Shown: positions 1 through 12,500 of the stretch, piece after piece
Layout of the letters: each line of letters starts with the position of its first letter
How positions within the stretch are numbered: position 1 is the first letter of the stretch
DNA from: Iphione sp. A-MEVVRFRX5
Taxonomy: Eukaryota
Assembly (NCBI GenBank): GCA_976226885.1
Contig: OZ320313.1
Span: forward strand, 65,038,001-65,102,000
Length of the DNA: 64,000 bases
Reading direction: 5' to 3'
The notes under the pieces: model-generated
Database searches by the model: none
What the model was told of the DNA's origin: nothing
The model's input: only the letters and a program-made list of their open reading frames with translations
Translations under genes and position numbers: made by a program

Positions 1-1293
1 ACTACCAGGGCCACTCCCCACCACTACCAACATACCCGTCCAGGAGCAAATCAATCAACACAAAGTACCGTAAAAGCGCGAGCAGCGGACCCGAAATCGA
101 TCAAAGCATAACACTATGGGGTAGGCGCCTGGCTGAGTCCTCTGCCTCACTGATCAAGGCCATATTACCGTAAAAACTTGCCAGTCCGACAGCGCATTCA
201 TCACTTGACTGTAAGTACTTCCCCATACCTGGCGCGCTAAATAACCAAGTAACCTATATTGTCTAGTGGAAATCATTTGTCAAGTAGGTGTAAGATTGCC
301 CTACGGCAATAAAAATTACAAAAATGGAGAAAATATCCTTTGTCAAGCAATATCCATCGTATGTCTTTTTTATCTTCCGATTTTTAAAGATAAATGATAT
401 TGAAATTCCTGTATGAAATAAACATTCGATCACAGAACAAAACGTACAAGAAATATAAATCCTGCCCATACGTTTCCTTTTTTTGAAAGTGGTCACGTCA
501 ATGATCCATACCTTCTGGGTGTTTATGTATGTTTTCCTTACGTGTTGCGTTGTCAGGTTGTTCGGAATTGAAACGTTTTGAAGACTTTATCCAGGGCCCC
601 TAGTCCTTCACTCATCCACACAGTAGCTCCTCTTATCCATCTAGCCATTTGGAACCATTCAGCCAGTTTGTGCCATAGATCACCGAGTACATTAGCTGCT
701 GCACAGCCCAACGATTGACCCACCTTCAAGAGACCGTCTTCCGTATCAGTAGGTTTGCCCCTGCCTGGGGGATGAAATGTTTGAGGGTCGAGTCCATGCC
801 AGCCCCCTCCTCCCAACCAGCCTCACCCCAGGCCGTCCAGCAGCTGCACTACCACCACGACCACCATAATTACCACCACCACCATCACCTGACCAGGTGG
901 AACGGTGGACCTAGCCAACCTAGCCAACCCATCCCCATGTTGCCGAATCACTGCCCCTCTTCCTGGTCGCAATCGATGAGTCCCTCCAGCATTGATTTTC
1001 CGGAGGGCAGGCATATTCATGACGCTCATTACTACCGGCTGTCGGCCGTAGCTTCCACTACCGGTCCAGTCAGCTAGCATTGCTACTACTTGCCATTGCT
1101 TCCCACACCAGTTCTGGCCATCTGGACCACCCCTTTGCTGACAGTACCTGCCAAGAAGCAAGCTCCTATACTAGACCGTACTGCCGTCGGGACCGCTCGG
1201 TCTCGCCCCTGTGTTGCTACCACCGCCTTCACCACCATCACAAGCACGAGCAACAGCAGCAGGAGCAGCAGTAGGAGACAGCAGCAGCTGTGA
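1..1293 (+). pseudogene. Decayed intron-containing gene of unknown family (runs off the window start)
   Basis: Donor ACT/GTAAGT at 211 and acceptor TTGCGTTGTCAG ending 556 flank an AT-rich 346-nt intron with matching phase 1. The spliced frame reads ...IDQSITLWGRRLAESSASLIKAILP*KLASPTAHSSLD/CCSELKRFEDFIQGP*...FSQFVP*ITEYISCCTAQRLTHLQETVFRISRF... and continues through track ORFs 715-1077 and 1090-1293. In-frame stops at 171, 601, 676 and 1075. Confidence 0.4.
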
Positions 1294-1760
1294 GTGCCGC
1301 AGATGGCGTAATTATTGAACAGGGTGGGCAGGGCAGCGGGAGCAGCGGTGAGTGGCTAAATAGCCTAGTAGTGTGCAGATGGCCAGAGGAGCAGCTGGAT
1401 CTGCAGGAGGCCACGCCAGACATGACTACAGCAGAAGAAGGAGTAGGAGGGGAAGCAGCAGCAGCAGCCGCAGCAGCAGGTGCAAGTGGCATATAGACGA
1501 GGCCGTTGGAGCGCTGGCCCCAGTCATGTAGCGACCGCCTCGACGACTGGCAGTTACAGCAAGAGCAAGAGCAAGAGCAGCAGCACCAGCAGCAGTGGTA
1601 CCCCCAGCATTGCCAGTCAGTATCGCTCTTTCTCCTGCTGCCTTCGACACTACCGTTGCTACGAACTGTTCGACTGGCTGCTGCTCGCAACCACCACGAG
1701 CAGTTGTTGTACAGGCGGCGTATGGTGTCGCTGCCGCCAGTCACACGCTTATCGGGAGTA
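840..1760. repeat. CAG/CAC/GCA-rich low-complexity tract
   Basis: Runs such as CACCACCACCATCAC, GCAGCAGCAGCAGCAGCCGCAGCAGCAG and GAGCAAGAGCAAGAGCAG give poly-His/Gln/Ala/Ser in several frames and explain the overlapping ORFs here. Confidence 0.8.
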
Positions 1761-4700
1761 GCCGGGCAGTAGGGCCGGGTTTCATCCAGCCAACACCGCT
1801 ACCACCGTGCACTGACGGCCAAGCCCTGGATGATGTTGCTGGCTTGCATGGCGCCTCCGCCCGACGCTGGAGGAGACGTACATTCATGCGTCGTCGTCCA
1901 CCTGTGGATTAACCCTCCGTGGAGTACAGCTACCGGCTACCACCGCCCGACCATGAGGGATCATCGCTGAGTGAGCCGCGCACTGTACTACTACCAGCGC
2001 TGGCCACTGCTGCAGGCCGGGGAAACGGGGGCGAGGGTTGAGGGACCAGGTGCACCTTATTCGTTGGTAGAAGCCTCGTTGGCATGCCGACAAGGACAAG
2101 GAGACACTGAACCAGGAGGTTGTTCCAGGTACATAACGTAGACTGGAACAAGGCCATCGAGAAGATAAGGCCGGTCTAGAGTTATTAGTCAAGTACCTAA
2201 CAACATCCACCCCATACCCGCCATTCTTGTCCTACCCGGCCGATAATGAGTGCATCACGCGATTCTTTCCCTAAACTCAATTCATCCCCACAGTCAGGCA
2301 GGCTCGTCATGTGGCGTGTATGCCTAGGAGGAGGGGCGTTCCCATTGAAAAGCAGTCACCGGTGGAGGAAGAAGGAGAAGTAGGGACAGGGGGTTGACTC
2401 TCAGCTCCTGCCAACGGCCATAGGGGTTTGATGGACGTTTATTGTTCTCCCACGCTCCAAAAGACTACGGGGCGGTCGGTCCGATGTACCGCACATCGGC
2501 ATTGTGTTTCAACAACAAAGCAGACCAAGCATGCTGTGCCATCAACAGCTCTCGAATAGAAAACAGGGGCATTCTAAGGGATTCAGTTTGAATATCCTTC
2601 ATGCGAGGAGATCTGTGCCACTGATAGGGCGAATGTAGTGAATGAAGTAGTCTCAATACTGCCGTCACGGTTTGGGGCGAACTGATTGGTAGTAGTATAC
2701 GGCGAAGAGTATTTGAGTCAGGCACAGGAGCCGCATACCAGCGCAGACTGTCCTGACTCATGCCCACCGCTTTAGTGCAAACCGTCGCTTCCTTCGCTCG
2801 CCGTCGCTGTCGCCGCTGCCACCCTAGCACCACCAATATCTTCAAGCATGACTTAGACCACACAACACCTACCAACAGCAGAAAATAAGACTGTCTTGAG
2901 CTATGTTGTCACTTCTTAGCTGCCAACACTATTTCGTCGTTGATGGGAGCATATTTGTCCGGTTACCAGCAGATGTATGACGGCAGTACCTAGACCTTGA
3001 TGATTATCTGCTGCTCACTAAAGAACCCATGCAACCAGAACATAAATATTTAACATATGATACTGCTAACATACATAAAGTTCCATGCGTGCTTCGGTTC
3101 CGTATTGCTTTATTGTGCCAGTGACTGTGGCATGTGAATAATGCCGGCCGTATGCGGCTGTTGCTTAGTGCATTAATGCGTCAGTTGCATGTATCCAGTC
3201 CTCATTATAGCGGTGTCTAGTCCAGACCTGATGCTGACGCCTCGAGCTTTCCCCAACCCCGTCCACACTACCACAACCAGGGGCATGCTCTCTACACACG
3301 CAAGGTCCATCGGTAGAGTTTGAGCTCTCACCCCCGCCCTCTAATTGTCACCTGCTAAAATCTCTCAGTCTTTCGTATGTTGTAAACCAAGAGGAGCGCC
3401 TGAAGGAGGTGCGGCCACTAGCGTCCGTACTTAGTGAACCCACTCTAGCCGTTCACTTCCTCCCCCTTCGTCCCTTAACACACAAGCTCCGCACTCGGCC
3501 AAACATAACGCCTGGTCGCCGCCCCCGAGCACTCTGCGCACTGAGAAGAAGCGATCTACCTGTCATAATCCTGCACCTGGAGGTAGGTTATTTAACGCTG
3601 CCCTGGAACAGGGAGTGGTTTTCAATGATGCTCACAACAATACACGACTTGATGCAGTTCCATGCACCTGGAAAAAAACGAAATAGTTGATTTGCCGTCA
3701 TTCCAGCTTACGGCCAAGAAAATCGTGGAAGAATATCGGGAGATTGCAAGGATCGACGGTTGCTAAACCTCATATTATCAAGTTGCATATAGGCGGGGGA
3801 AGTCTATAGCTCGGTACATGTAATCACTATTAGGAGTATAGACTACGATGGTGGAGTGCTTCTTGACACCAGAACCTAGCTGCTCCAGATCAGCGATAAG
3901 AATGTGAACCTTTTGTGATGGATTGTTTGTATCTGGGGTCCTGGAATAATTGCAGAGGCAACTGGATCCTACGACGGCTGTTACCTGTTACACAAGTCGC
4001 TATGGTTGTCCTCTGATAATGTCACCAAAATTGGGCTGACGAAATCGTCTTGTTTCCTAATCATCACTCATCTTCCGAACAAGACTTCCCCAATGAATAG
4101 CGAGCACTGAAATGATCATAAAACATAACTTCCTCTCCGCAATATCAAAGAATATATAGCGACGGGAAGTTTTACATTGGGAAGCATAAAAGAGGAAGTG
4201 GAGTCCATGCGGAAGAATTGGAGCAGTACAACAAGCGCTTGGGACGTATCGGACCGCATACCATCACAAGCCCGGGCGTGAAGGTGACGTAAGCAATGAC
4301 GTAAGATATAGCGTCCGGCGGCACGAGCGGCATGCCCTTGTCAGCCGGCTGGAAGAGGAGGACACCAAGGGACAGCAACCATAAACGTGGCCGTGGGCGA
4401 ACGTAACACCACCCATAAGAACCAAACGGCCATCGATCGCGCTCTGGATCGCGATCGATGATTTAATTGGCTTACCCAAGCACGTTGTGCGGCCAAAGTC
4501 AGGTCGGCACGCGGATTGGAAAGTTGGATCTGTTGTTGCGAGCTGACAAGACTCAAGTCCCCTGGTTGAGTAGCTATGCGTATGGTTCAGTAGGCGTGCT
4601 CCTTATCCGAAGTGTGTAAACAGAGATAATTCGGAGGCAGTGGAGGCAGAAAACATCCACTCTTATTGTTGATAAATTAGACAGCTCCATGAGATTAACT

Positions 4701-7321
4701 AGGATTACCACGTAGAGGAAGACCACCGCCGGAACCATCTATTTATCACCTTAATGAAGTAGCTTATAATATCCACCATCAAAGACAAAATAGCTCACCA
4801 CCGATCCACATACACGGTTGTATATGATCTCATGGCATGGTACATGAAATCTTCTCATACGGTGATTACTATGTGATTCTATCCTCGACTACCAGCAGCA
4901 GTCGCAGGAGACCATTAGGGCAGGGAGATTTGTCGCCCAATCTGATTAGACAAAATGAAACCAGCCTAATGCAGGAGGAATGCTTTGTTTGCGCCATACT
5001 GATGGCATCAGTAGCACTGATGGATTAACTCCCGAATTAGCTCCCCAGATGTCTTAAGGACACCCACGGTAAAACTAGTTTTATACAGTCGACTAATTAG
5101 CGATTACAGAGGGAGGCTTATCTAAGGGTTTGACTTATTCGGAGTCAATTAATCATGCGACAAATGGAAAACACTGCTCCTGACGATTCTTTATGCTATA
5201 GACAGAATTAATCGGATTAAGCTAGGCGACGGGACGCTTATCTAATATAGTCGTTTATTTCATCAGGCTGTATTCATTTTCCATATATCACAGCAGGCTA
5301 TTTGTATTATTGTATATGAGCTAATATGGACACTGCAGAATTCACCCATGGCCTAGGGCTATCGCAGACTTCCTAGGACCGTCGGTAAGGGTAGTTAAAC
5401 GTTACCAAAAAGATCACCTTTCTTGATAGCAGAGAGTGCAGCAGCCAAGACGTAGAGAGGCAAGGGGCAGCCGAGCAATACAGTATAGCCCTCAGTTCTC
5501 TTGCTCGCTTTGACAGGTGGCTGATGCCGATGAATTCCACAGTGGACAGGGGGCGACCCACAGCAGAGCTTAGGTCCTGCCGGCAGCCTCCAGCGGACCC
5601 TTCCCGGTTCTCATACCGGGCCTTACCCGCCCGCTACTGCCCAGCGTCCGCCCGGCCGAGGCGCTGTCCCAAACTGCCCACCAATCATATGTGGACGACG
5701 GGGCAATTTCAGTCGTCGCCAGGTACAATTTATATGCTAAACACATGCCGTAGCCCTTCGGAAAGCTTGGGAAGAAAGTGGTACTGGTTGCCATGAAAGA
5801 CTAAATATATGTAGTAGTATTGACGTAACGGTAGGAGAGGTTTAAACTGGGTCGACATTAGCACTCCTGAGACTTTTGCCCAGTTCTCAAAGCTTTATTA
5901 AACACCACTATGCGAAGACGAGTGGAGCTGGAGAAGAGAGGGCAGAAAGAGCGGTTGGACCAGGAAGATGAGGCATAATGAGTAGACAGTGGTCTATGAT
6001 TACTTCAGGCGGCATGCCAAAGCTATCGAGGACAATCCTTTCTTCCCCTGCAAATTGCTTTGATGCGTAGTCCTGGCTTAAGCCCAGAACCTCTTTCTTG
6101 TATATCCGCCGGATAACATCTCAACAGAAGAGACTAGTACGAATACAGCTTCGGATTTTCCACCAATAGGAGAAGGCTGTGGATTATTCACGTCAGTTTT
6201 ATATATATATCACTATAGTTCAGTCCATCCTATGGGTTGGGATAAAGACTGTTCGTGTACGACCTGCCTTCTTGTTCACACGTTTACATATGTGCTTACG
6301 ACTCTGACCTTGTACTTTCATACTGGAACATACACGGCACCAGGCAAGGTCAATAGCGTTAGGGTAGGTGGCTCCTGATTGTACAATGGGTGGTCTTGTA
6401 TGTTATACATGAGTAGCACACCACACCCAAGTGTAGTAGTCACCGAAAGGTGGTAACGGCTTTTATACGCCCTTCTATATATCTCTTTGTGTGTGTGTAG
6501 TGCCAAAGACGGGCATCGGTCAGCGTAGGCGAGAATAATTGAGCTCTAGACATACAAAAACAAACTAAACATATATTTCTAGTCACTATATATTTTTGTT
6601 CGTATATGTACATGTACATACAAACCCTATATCCTGACAGAACATTACCACCTACCTGTATGACACGGGCTGTGAACAAAATATTATTCTATCTACTTCC
6701 GTTGCAACAACCAAATGTGTTGATCAACAAAATCTTTACTTGATGAGATATTCAGTAAGTCTTCATCAAGCGAACGACCCAGACAATGGCTGGCAAGGTG
6801 ATGTGAAGCAACAGCTAATTGTAATTATTAGTTTGGGAAGACTTATTGGCAGAGTCGAATAAGTAGGTCAAAGATCTATGATTATACTCAAAGCTAGAAT
6901 ATTCAGTTCTATTCTGATGTATTTTTCCACATGATTTGCCTTTGAGCCTTCGTCAACAGTCTGTCTTAGGAGTTCAAATATTCATCTCAGTGCCCTATGT
7001 AGACAGCCTATGCATGATAATAACGCATCGTCAGTGTAAAGAACGAGCAGGATCGTCACCAAAAAAGGCAGCACAAGCCGGATCAAGTGTCTTCGTCTGT
7101 ATAAATTCTCAACACAGATGTCTCAAGCTTCACAGTTATTACATAGACAAAAACTCTTGCTCAGAACAGTGTCATATAGAGATTCTTAGGCTTTGTGTCT
7201 GAAAGAAAAACTGCATCACATTCCAAACGGACAACCCAGGGCCCCAGCTTTCGTCCAGCAGTGTTTTCGACAGTCAGTCTGATCTAGTACCCTCTGCTTA
7301 GTGTGCTTAGCTCATGTTTGC

Positions 7322-9526
7322 ATGCCGAGCAGCTGTCCCAAGATGACGGTTCGTCAGGGTGGGGATAGCATGACGGCCGACGGCGCTAATTGCCAAGAAC
7401 ACAGCAGCAACGGCAGCGGTGACGGCGGCGGCGGCGACGGTGGCGGCGACGGCAGGAATGTCCAGCCGGCCACCGTCCTCCAGCACCCTGGCCATCTTTA
7501 CTCGTCTCGACCTGCCCCCTCATCTCATGGCCGGACTGCTAGTACAGGCAAACTGCCGCAAAGCAACGAGGACATCTGCAATGGGAACTTAAAGTATCGC
7601 AGGTCACTATCCGACGTCCCGCGGGAAAGTACTGATCAGGGTTTCTGTGACCACTGCAGTCTTGATGTCCTGAAAATGGGCAGTTGCGACTTAGTGGTGT
7701 TTGATACCGGCGGGCCCAAACTTGGAAACTGTCACCAGACACACGTGTGCTCCCTGAGCAAATCAAAGACGGGCGACTCGCCTGTTGGCCAGAAAACCGG
7801 CAATTGCTGCAATCTCCAACTGCGGTGTTCAGAGTCAGGTCATAGACCGAATGGCTACAATATACAGTTGGGTAGTTGTGGGGTTAAGATGGGGACTTGC
7901 GACTTGCGCCTTGGAAGCAGTGACATTACACTGAGTACGGGAGATATCATACTTGGTACGGGCGAGATTCTTCGCGGCAGTGGCGAGTTCCAGTCACTGA
8001 ATGACACCGCCCGAAAGACTGGCAGCTGCCATTCACTGCATAGTGATTCGCAGCGGATAGTGTATGGGCGGCCGAACCAGCTAGCTTCAATGCCTACACA
8101 AGCAGGTGCTACTATAGTTGATGCAGTTGGTAAAACCAGCTTATATACACCGAAGGATGAGAAGAGTGCCCTGTCTGTAAATGGGCGCGGGAAGGGCCCA
8201 AACACAAACGGAAAGAAGCTGTCTAACTGCGTTGTCAAAGAGGACACTGAGTCTTCGATCAACTCGGCAAATAATGGTGAGTCTTTTCGAGGAGAATCTA
8301 ACCCCATTCAGTGTGTGCAAGACCGACGTCCTAGCGGTTTCGTGCGCTCCACAAGTTTGAATGACATGTCAGACAACGTCACAAATACATTGATGACGTG
8401 CTCCGCGTGCGCTAGGCGTAACCGTTGCCAAAGCTCCGGTGTTGTCGTGCACGTGTCGACAGGGTCCGCCGAGAGCGAGGCGAGTGATAATAACCTGCGC
8501 GGACCACGTCGTCGGGCGGGGCAGTTAATGCGACGAAGTCAGAGCGATTTTTTAAGAGGTAACCGGAAACTTAGGCGTGCGAGCATCAGTCTTGAAGACG
8601 GTAACGTCCGTGTCACGGTTCTATGCGAGGACAGGCCGCCGGTCGTCAAAGAGGCGGCCGCGCCCTCGTCACGGGCTGAATCCGCACAGCAGGCGGCGCA
8701 ACCAGAAGCGCCTGGGACGACTACTGCCGACGTTTTCGGTACCGACGTCGGCGCCGATGATAGTTCGCCGCCGGAGATACCCAGGTGGAAGAGGCGTCCG
8801 CATCCGTTGATCCCTGAAGGATCGATGGGTGCTCCGGCGCGACCTTGGTGGGAGACGTCAGACGGCGGCGAAGGCGACTCCGACGATGGTGATTCTGACG
8901 ATGACGAGTCGGTTGGTCGCAAAAGCAGCCGTCGGGGAGTCGGCTCGGGTGGCGAGGATTCGGACGGCGATGATGAGGACGACGTCATGGCCTTGGCCGC
9001 CGACGCAGTAGGCATTTCCCGTTGCTCGTCTGTTAGCTCTATCAACTCTCTGGCGCCTCCGGGGCGGGTGACCACCGGCGAGGTGGCACTCCTCCTGCGG
9101 ACGCTGCGCCATCACTACCTCTTCAAAGTCTACATGCCCATGTACCGTCTGTTGCACTTGCAGTCGCGGCGCAATGATCGCGAGGAAATCCGCCGGAAGC
9201 TGGCGATGGGCGGCAGCGGCGGTGGCGGCGGCGGAGGAAGCGGAACCGGCGGGACGGACGGCGGCGACTACTACTGCGGTGAACGGTTGTACAAGAAACC
9301 GAACCTACAGACGCGACTCCAGAGCGGCATGAACCTGCAGATCTGCTTCATGAATGACGTCACCAGTGACGTCGACAGCGTCAATGGCGACGCCGATGAC
9401 GTCGGCAGCTCTACCGTCGTCACGACGGCGACGTCAGCGACGACGGAGGTCGCGACGACTGGTGCTATAACGGGGACCGAAACGTCAGCTGACACGAACA
9501 AACCGACAGTGCCACCGAACACTGAG
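7322..9526 (+). CDS. SCHIP1: SCHIP1 homologue, coding exon 1 (large exon: disordered N-terminal extension plus start of the conserved SCHIP-1 region)
   Basis: Lies in the only long ORF (7301-9589). Its end encodes RNDREEIRRKLAMG...[21 protein letters not shown], matching vertebrate SCHIP1 KNERESIRQKLALG...[21 protein letters not shown] (recalled). Donor GAG/GTAGGT at 9527, phase 0. First in-frame ATG is 7322 (alternatives 7343, 7370). Acceptor-like AGs end at 7301 and 7310, so an upstream exon is possible and the true start is uncertain. Confidence 0.9.
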
Positions 9527-12500
9527 GTAGGTTTGAATCTCCGCATCAGTCTTACCTGTCTTTTAACGCTTTACTTAAGAGCATGGTAGTGGCCGTAGGA
9601 TGTTCTGTGTTTTTGTGATGAAGATATAAGAACAGTATTTAATGGTCACAAACTAAAAGTTTTTTTTAGTGCCACGTATGTTTTTTTAGTTAAAAGTCCA
9701 TCCATCTAAGTAAATGCGCTGCTGAAGAGGTCACCTAAAAATTGCATCATTTTACTAAAATTGTTTAATGAACAACCTAGCATAATTTATCCCATGAAAA
9801 GAAAAAAAACCATTTTGATCTGCGATTAATTTACGTGCTTTACATACATTTTGTCGAATGGAGTTAACAGTTAACAAGAAAGTAACATTTTGTCATATAT
9901 GTACTCGGATAACAGTATTATTTTTTTCTTGAGACAAATATCTTTTAATTCTCATGTTTGCTTTTTTTGAATAGAATTTCCAATTCGCCTGTTCTGAATT
10001 GGAAATTCTCTGATTATCCGTGTCTGGGTGGGCACTCTACGCTTTCATCAATATAAGCAGCAGTCGTTTCAATATTGTTTCAACGCTCATGAATTATTTG
10101 CGAGCCCTTTTGTATTTAGCTTCTGTCGCTGTACTAGGATTTTTTTATGGTGTTGACCCTCCTTACTAGGCAGTTACGCCTCCGATATTTCATGTTCTTC
10201 TATCATATGATTTTTTTTTAAAACAGAGAACCAAATACATTGACCTGCACCATCTTTTTTCATCATCCACTGATGTCAAGGGTTAAAAAGGGGATGGCAA
10301 TGTAAAAAATGATGTCTTAAGGGTTTTACCCATTAGAATAACTAGAAGCTTTGAACGTAATACGCATCACTGATGTGGAGACGTAGCATACGGAATATAG
10401 TTGGTTTACTGAGAAAGCAGGTGAAACTATAAGATCAAAGGTTTTCCAAACCAATCAATCGTAGGGTCCAAAGCTCGCTTCCGTTGACCACATTCCGCGA
10501 GAGATAATTGCTTTCATAGGAATGCTGTGTGATCACCAGCAGTGAAAAATACCGATCATCAATAAAGAGAAAATGTGATTGAGAGAAGGAACATTCTGGG
10601 GAGTTTCTTCATTCCCCATGCAGCCTTCCAGACACCCTGTTTATCAATGATTCTTGCACCAGACGAGGGGTCCATCGAAGTGGTCATGATTAGGATGCTG
10701 ATTGGCGTCTGGACAAGGACTGCCAGTACACCAAGAGCATTGGAAAGTGTGAAATGAGCCTATTCTTCACTTAAATCCATTTGTCAAGATTGCAGTGGTA
10801 CTATCTATTTTTAAATTGTCTGGTTGATATTTGAAGAAATCCATTCGCTTTTGTCACCTAAATCACAAAGCTAAAGCATAAGCATACATGACTCCCTCAA
10901 TAGACTACTCCTATAAGATAGACTACTGGTTTTCATGTTGGTTCGCTTAATGAAAGACTCCATGTAAGAATGTGGCTTTCAGGCGGCTCCCTACCTCCCT
11001 CCCTTCGCTTACAGTAATGAGGCTGGTATTCTGGTAGTAGTCTTCAGGCATCAGTTGCTGGTATTGTGCCCCCGTCATGGACACTTTCTTGCAACAGACA
11101 GCTGGGGGCAAACGGGTGTGCGAAGAGGCGAGCCGAGGATAATTGCAAACCCAGGGTGTGATGTGGGAGTAGGATGGGAGACCGCCGTGGTAACCGATCA
11201 GGTCCATTCATGTGTCCTGATATAAGGAGACGCATACCTTGACGTAAACCGAATATTTCCATCCACATGACCTTGGTCGGCACCAGTCAGCGTTGACAGT
11301 AACGTAAGAGAGCAGACGTGCACCAACAGAACATAAAGACAGGTCGCATAACTTTTTTTTCATTGTCAGATCAGTCAGTACATGTATAGACAAGGTCCCT
11401 GCTGCCAGCGCCAGGAGGACACGGTTGTACATCGAGAACGTGGACACAGTGTGATTTACAACCAGTCTGGCAGGGACGCCTTGATTGGGATGAATAACTA
11501 ATTGTGCATAAAACATTGTAAGCACACCCAATGATTATGTAATCCGTGTCCATCTGTAAGTACGACGTAGACGAAACCATGAGAGTGGTATGCATAAGCC
11601 CTATTTTGACCTTTTCTCGGAGGATTCTTCGGTAGTAATGTTCATGACAATTATTTCAAGCCTGCGTTGAATCCGCCCATATCTCCCTTTGATCAGTTTC
11701 CTGACGTGACTACCTGCTTGCCATAGATGGCTACAGAGTCTGGCTCGATTCCAACACGCAGACAAGGGGCTAACCGTCCCTCGAACATGGAGCCTTTAAT
11801 TGAACATGCGCCGCCCATCAAATGTCGAACCAAAACCATATGATTCCACCAGCCCAAAGGCAAATCCTTAAAGCGCTGTAGCATTCCGCTAGTTGATACC
11901 CCATGGGAAATTGTTATTGCATGTGTTTCCACCAATATTTTTTTTGCCGCTGTATCCGTTTAGCGTACTCCAGATATTTAAGTACAGACGTCGACTGCAG
12001 TCGTCATCGACATCTATCCTGTTTGATTCAGATATAAAAGCACCACATAGACACATACGGTATCCCTTTATTTTCATATGTCTACTGTTCTGTCGCTCTT
12101 TCTCCTTACTGTGTATATCTGCAGGATGTAAAGATTTCTCTTTCGTCACTGCCCACTGTCACAGGCAATGATGACAGGTTTGCCACGGGCAATACCTCGC
12201 CCGGTCCGGTGGCAGCAGGCAGTTGCATACTGGCGATGGTTGCAAATAAAGAGCTTTGTTTGCAACCATCTCTCCCCGCATTCGATTGCCTTTATCTCAG
12301 CACTTAGCTTTCTAACACAGTGAAAATGAAAAAGACCCCCACCAGTCACGAAATTGAGGGAAAATATATATGAATGAAGGCGCCCCTGCAAACAGTGTCA
12401 GTTGATTGTGTGGATGTGTACCAGGCGAAGGGTGGTGGGCCCCCACTTTGTGGCTCATGTATAATTCATAGGGCTCGCTGCCCCAACTGTGTGTCTGGCT

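Noticed and set aside
557-600. IQCJ orthologue (ELKR match to the IQCJ N-terminus)
   Set aside because: Only four residues match and I found no IQxxWR motif in the frames I examined.
2465-2875. Ankyrin-like LLLKHNADV in a minus-strand ORF
   Set aside because: No TPLH motif and no 33-residue periodicity.
7307-9546. Antisense and alternative-frame ORFs overlapping exon 1
   Set aside because: Shadows of a GC-rich coding exon; no recognisable domains.
7301-9589. Track ORF read as a complete 762-aa single-exon protein
   Set aside because: A good donor at 9527 and four downstream exons supply the conserved SCHIP1 C-terminus; the last 20 codons are intron read-through. The 7301 start is a GTG upstream of the first ATG.
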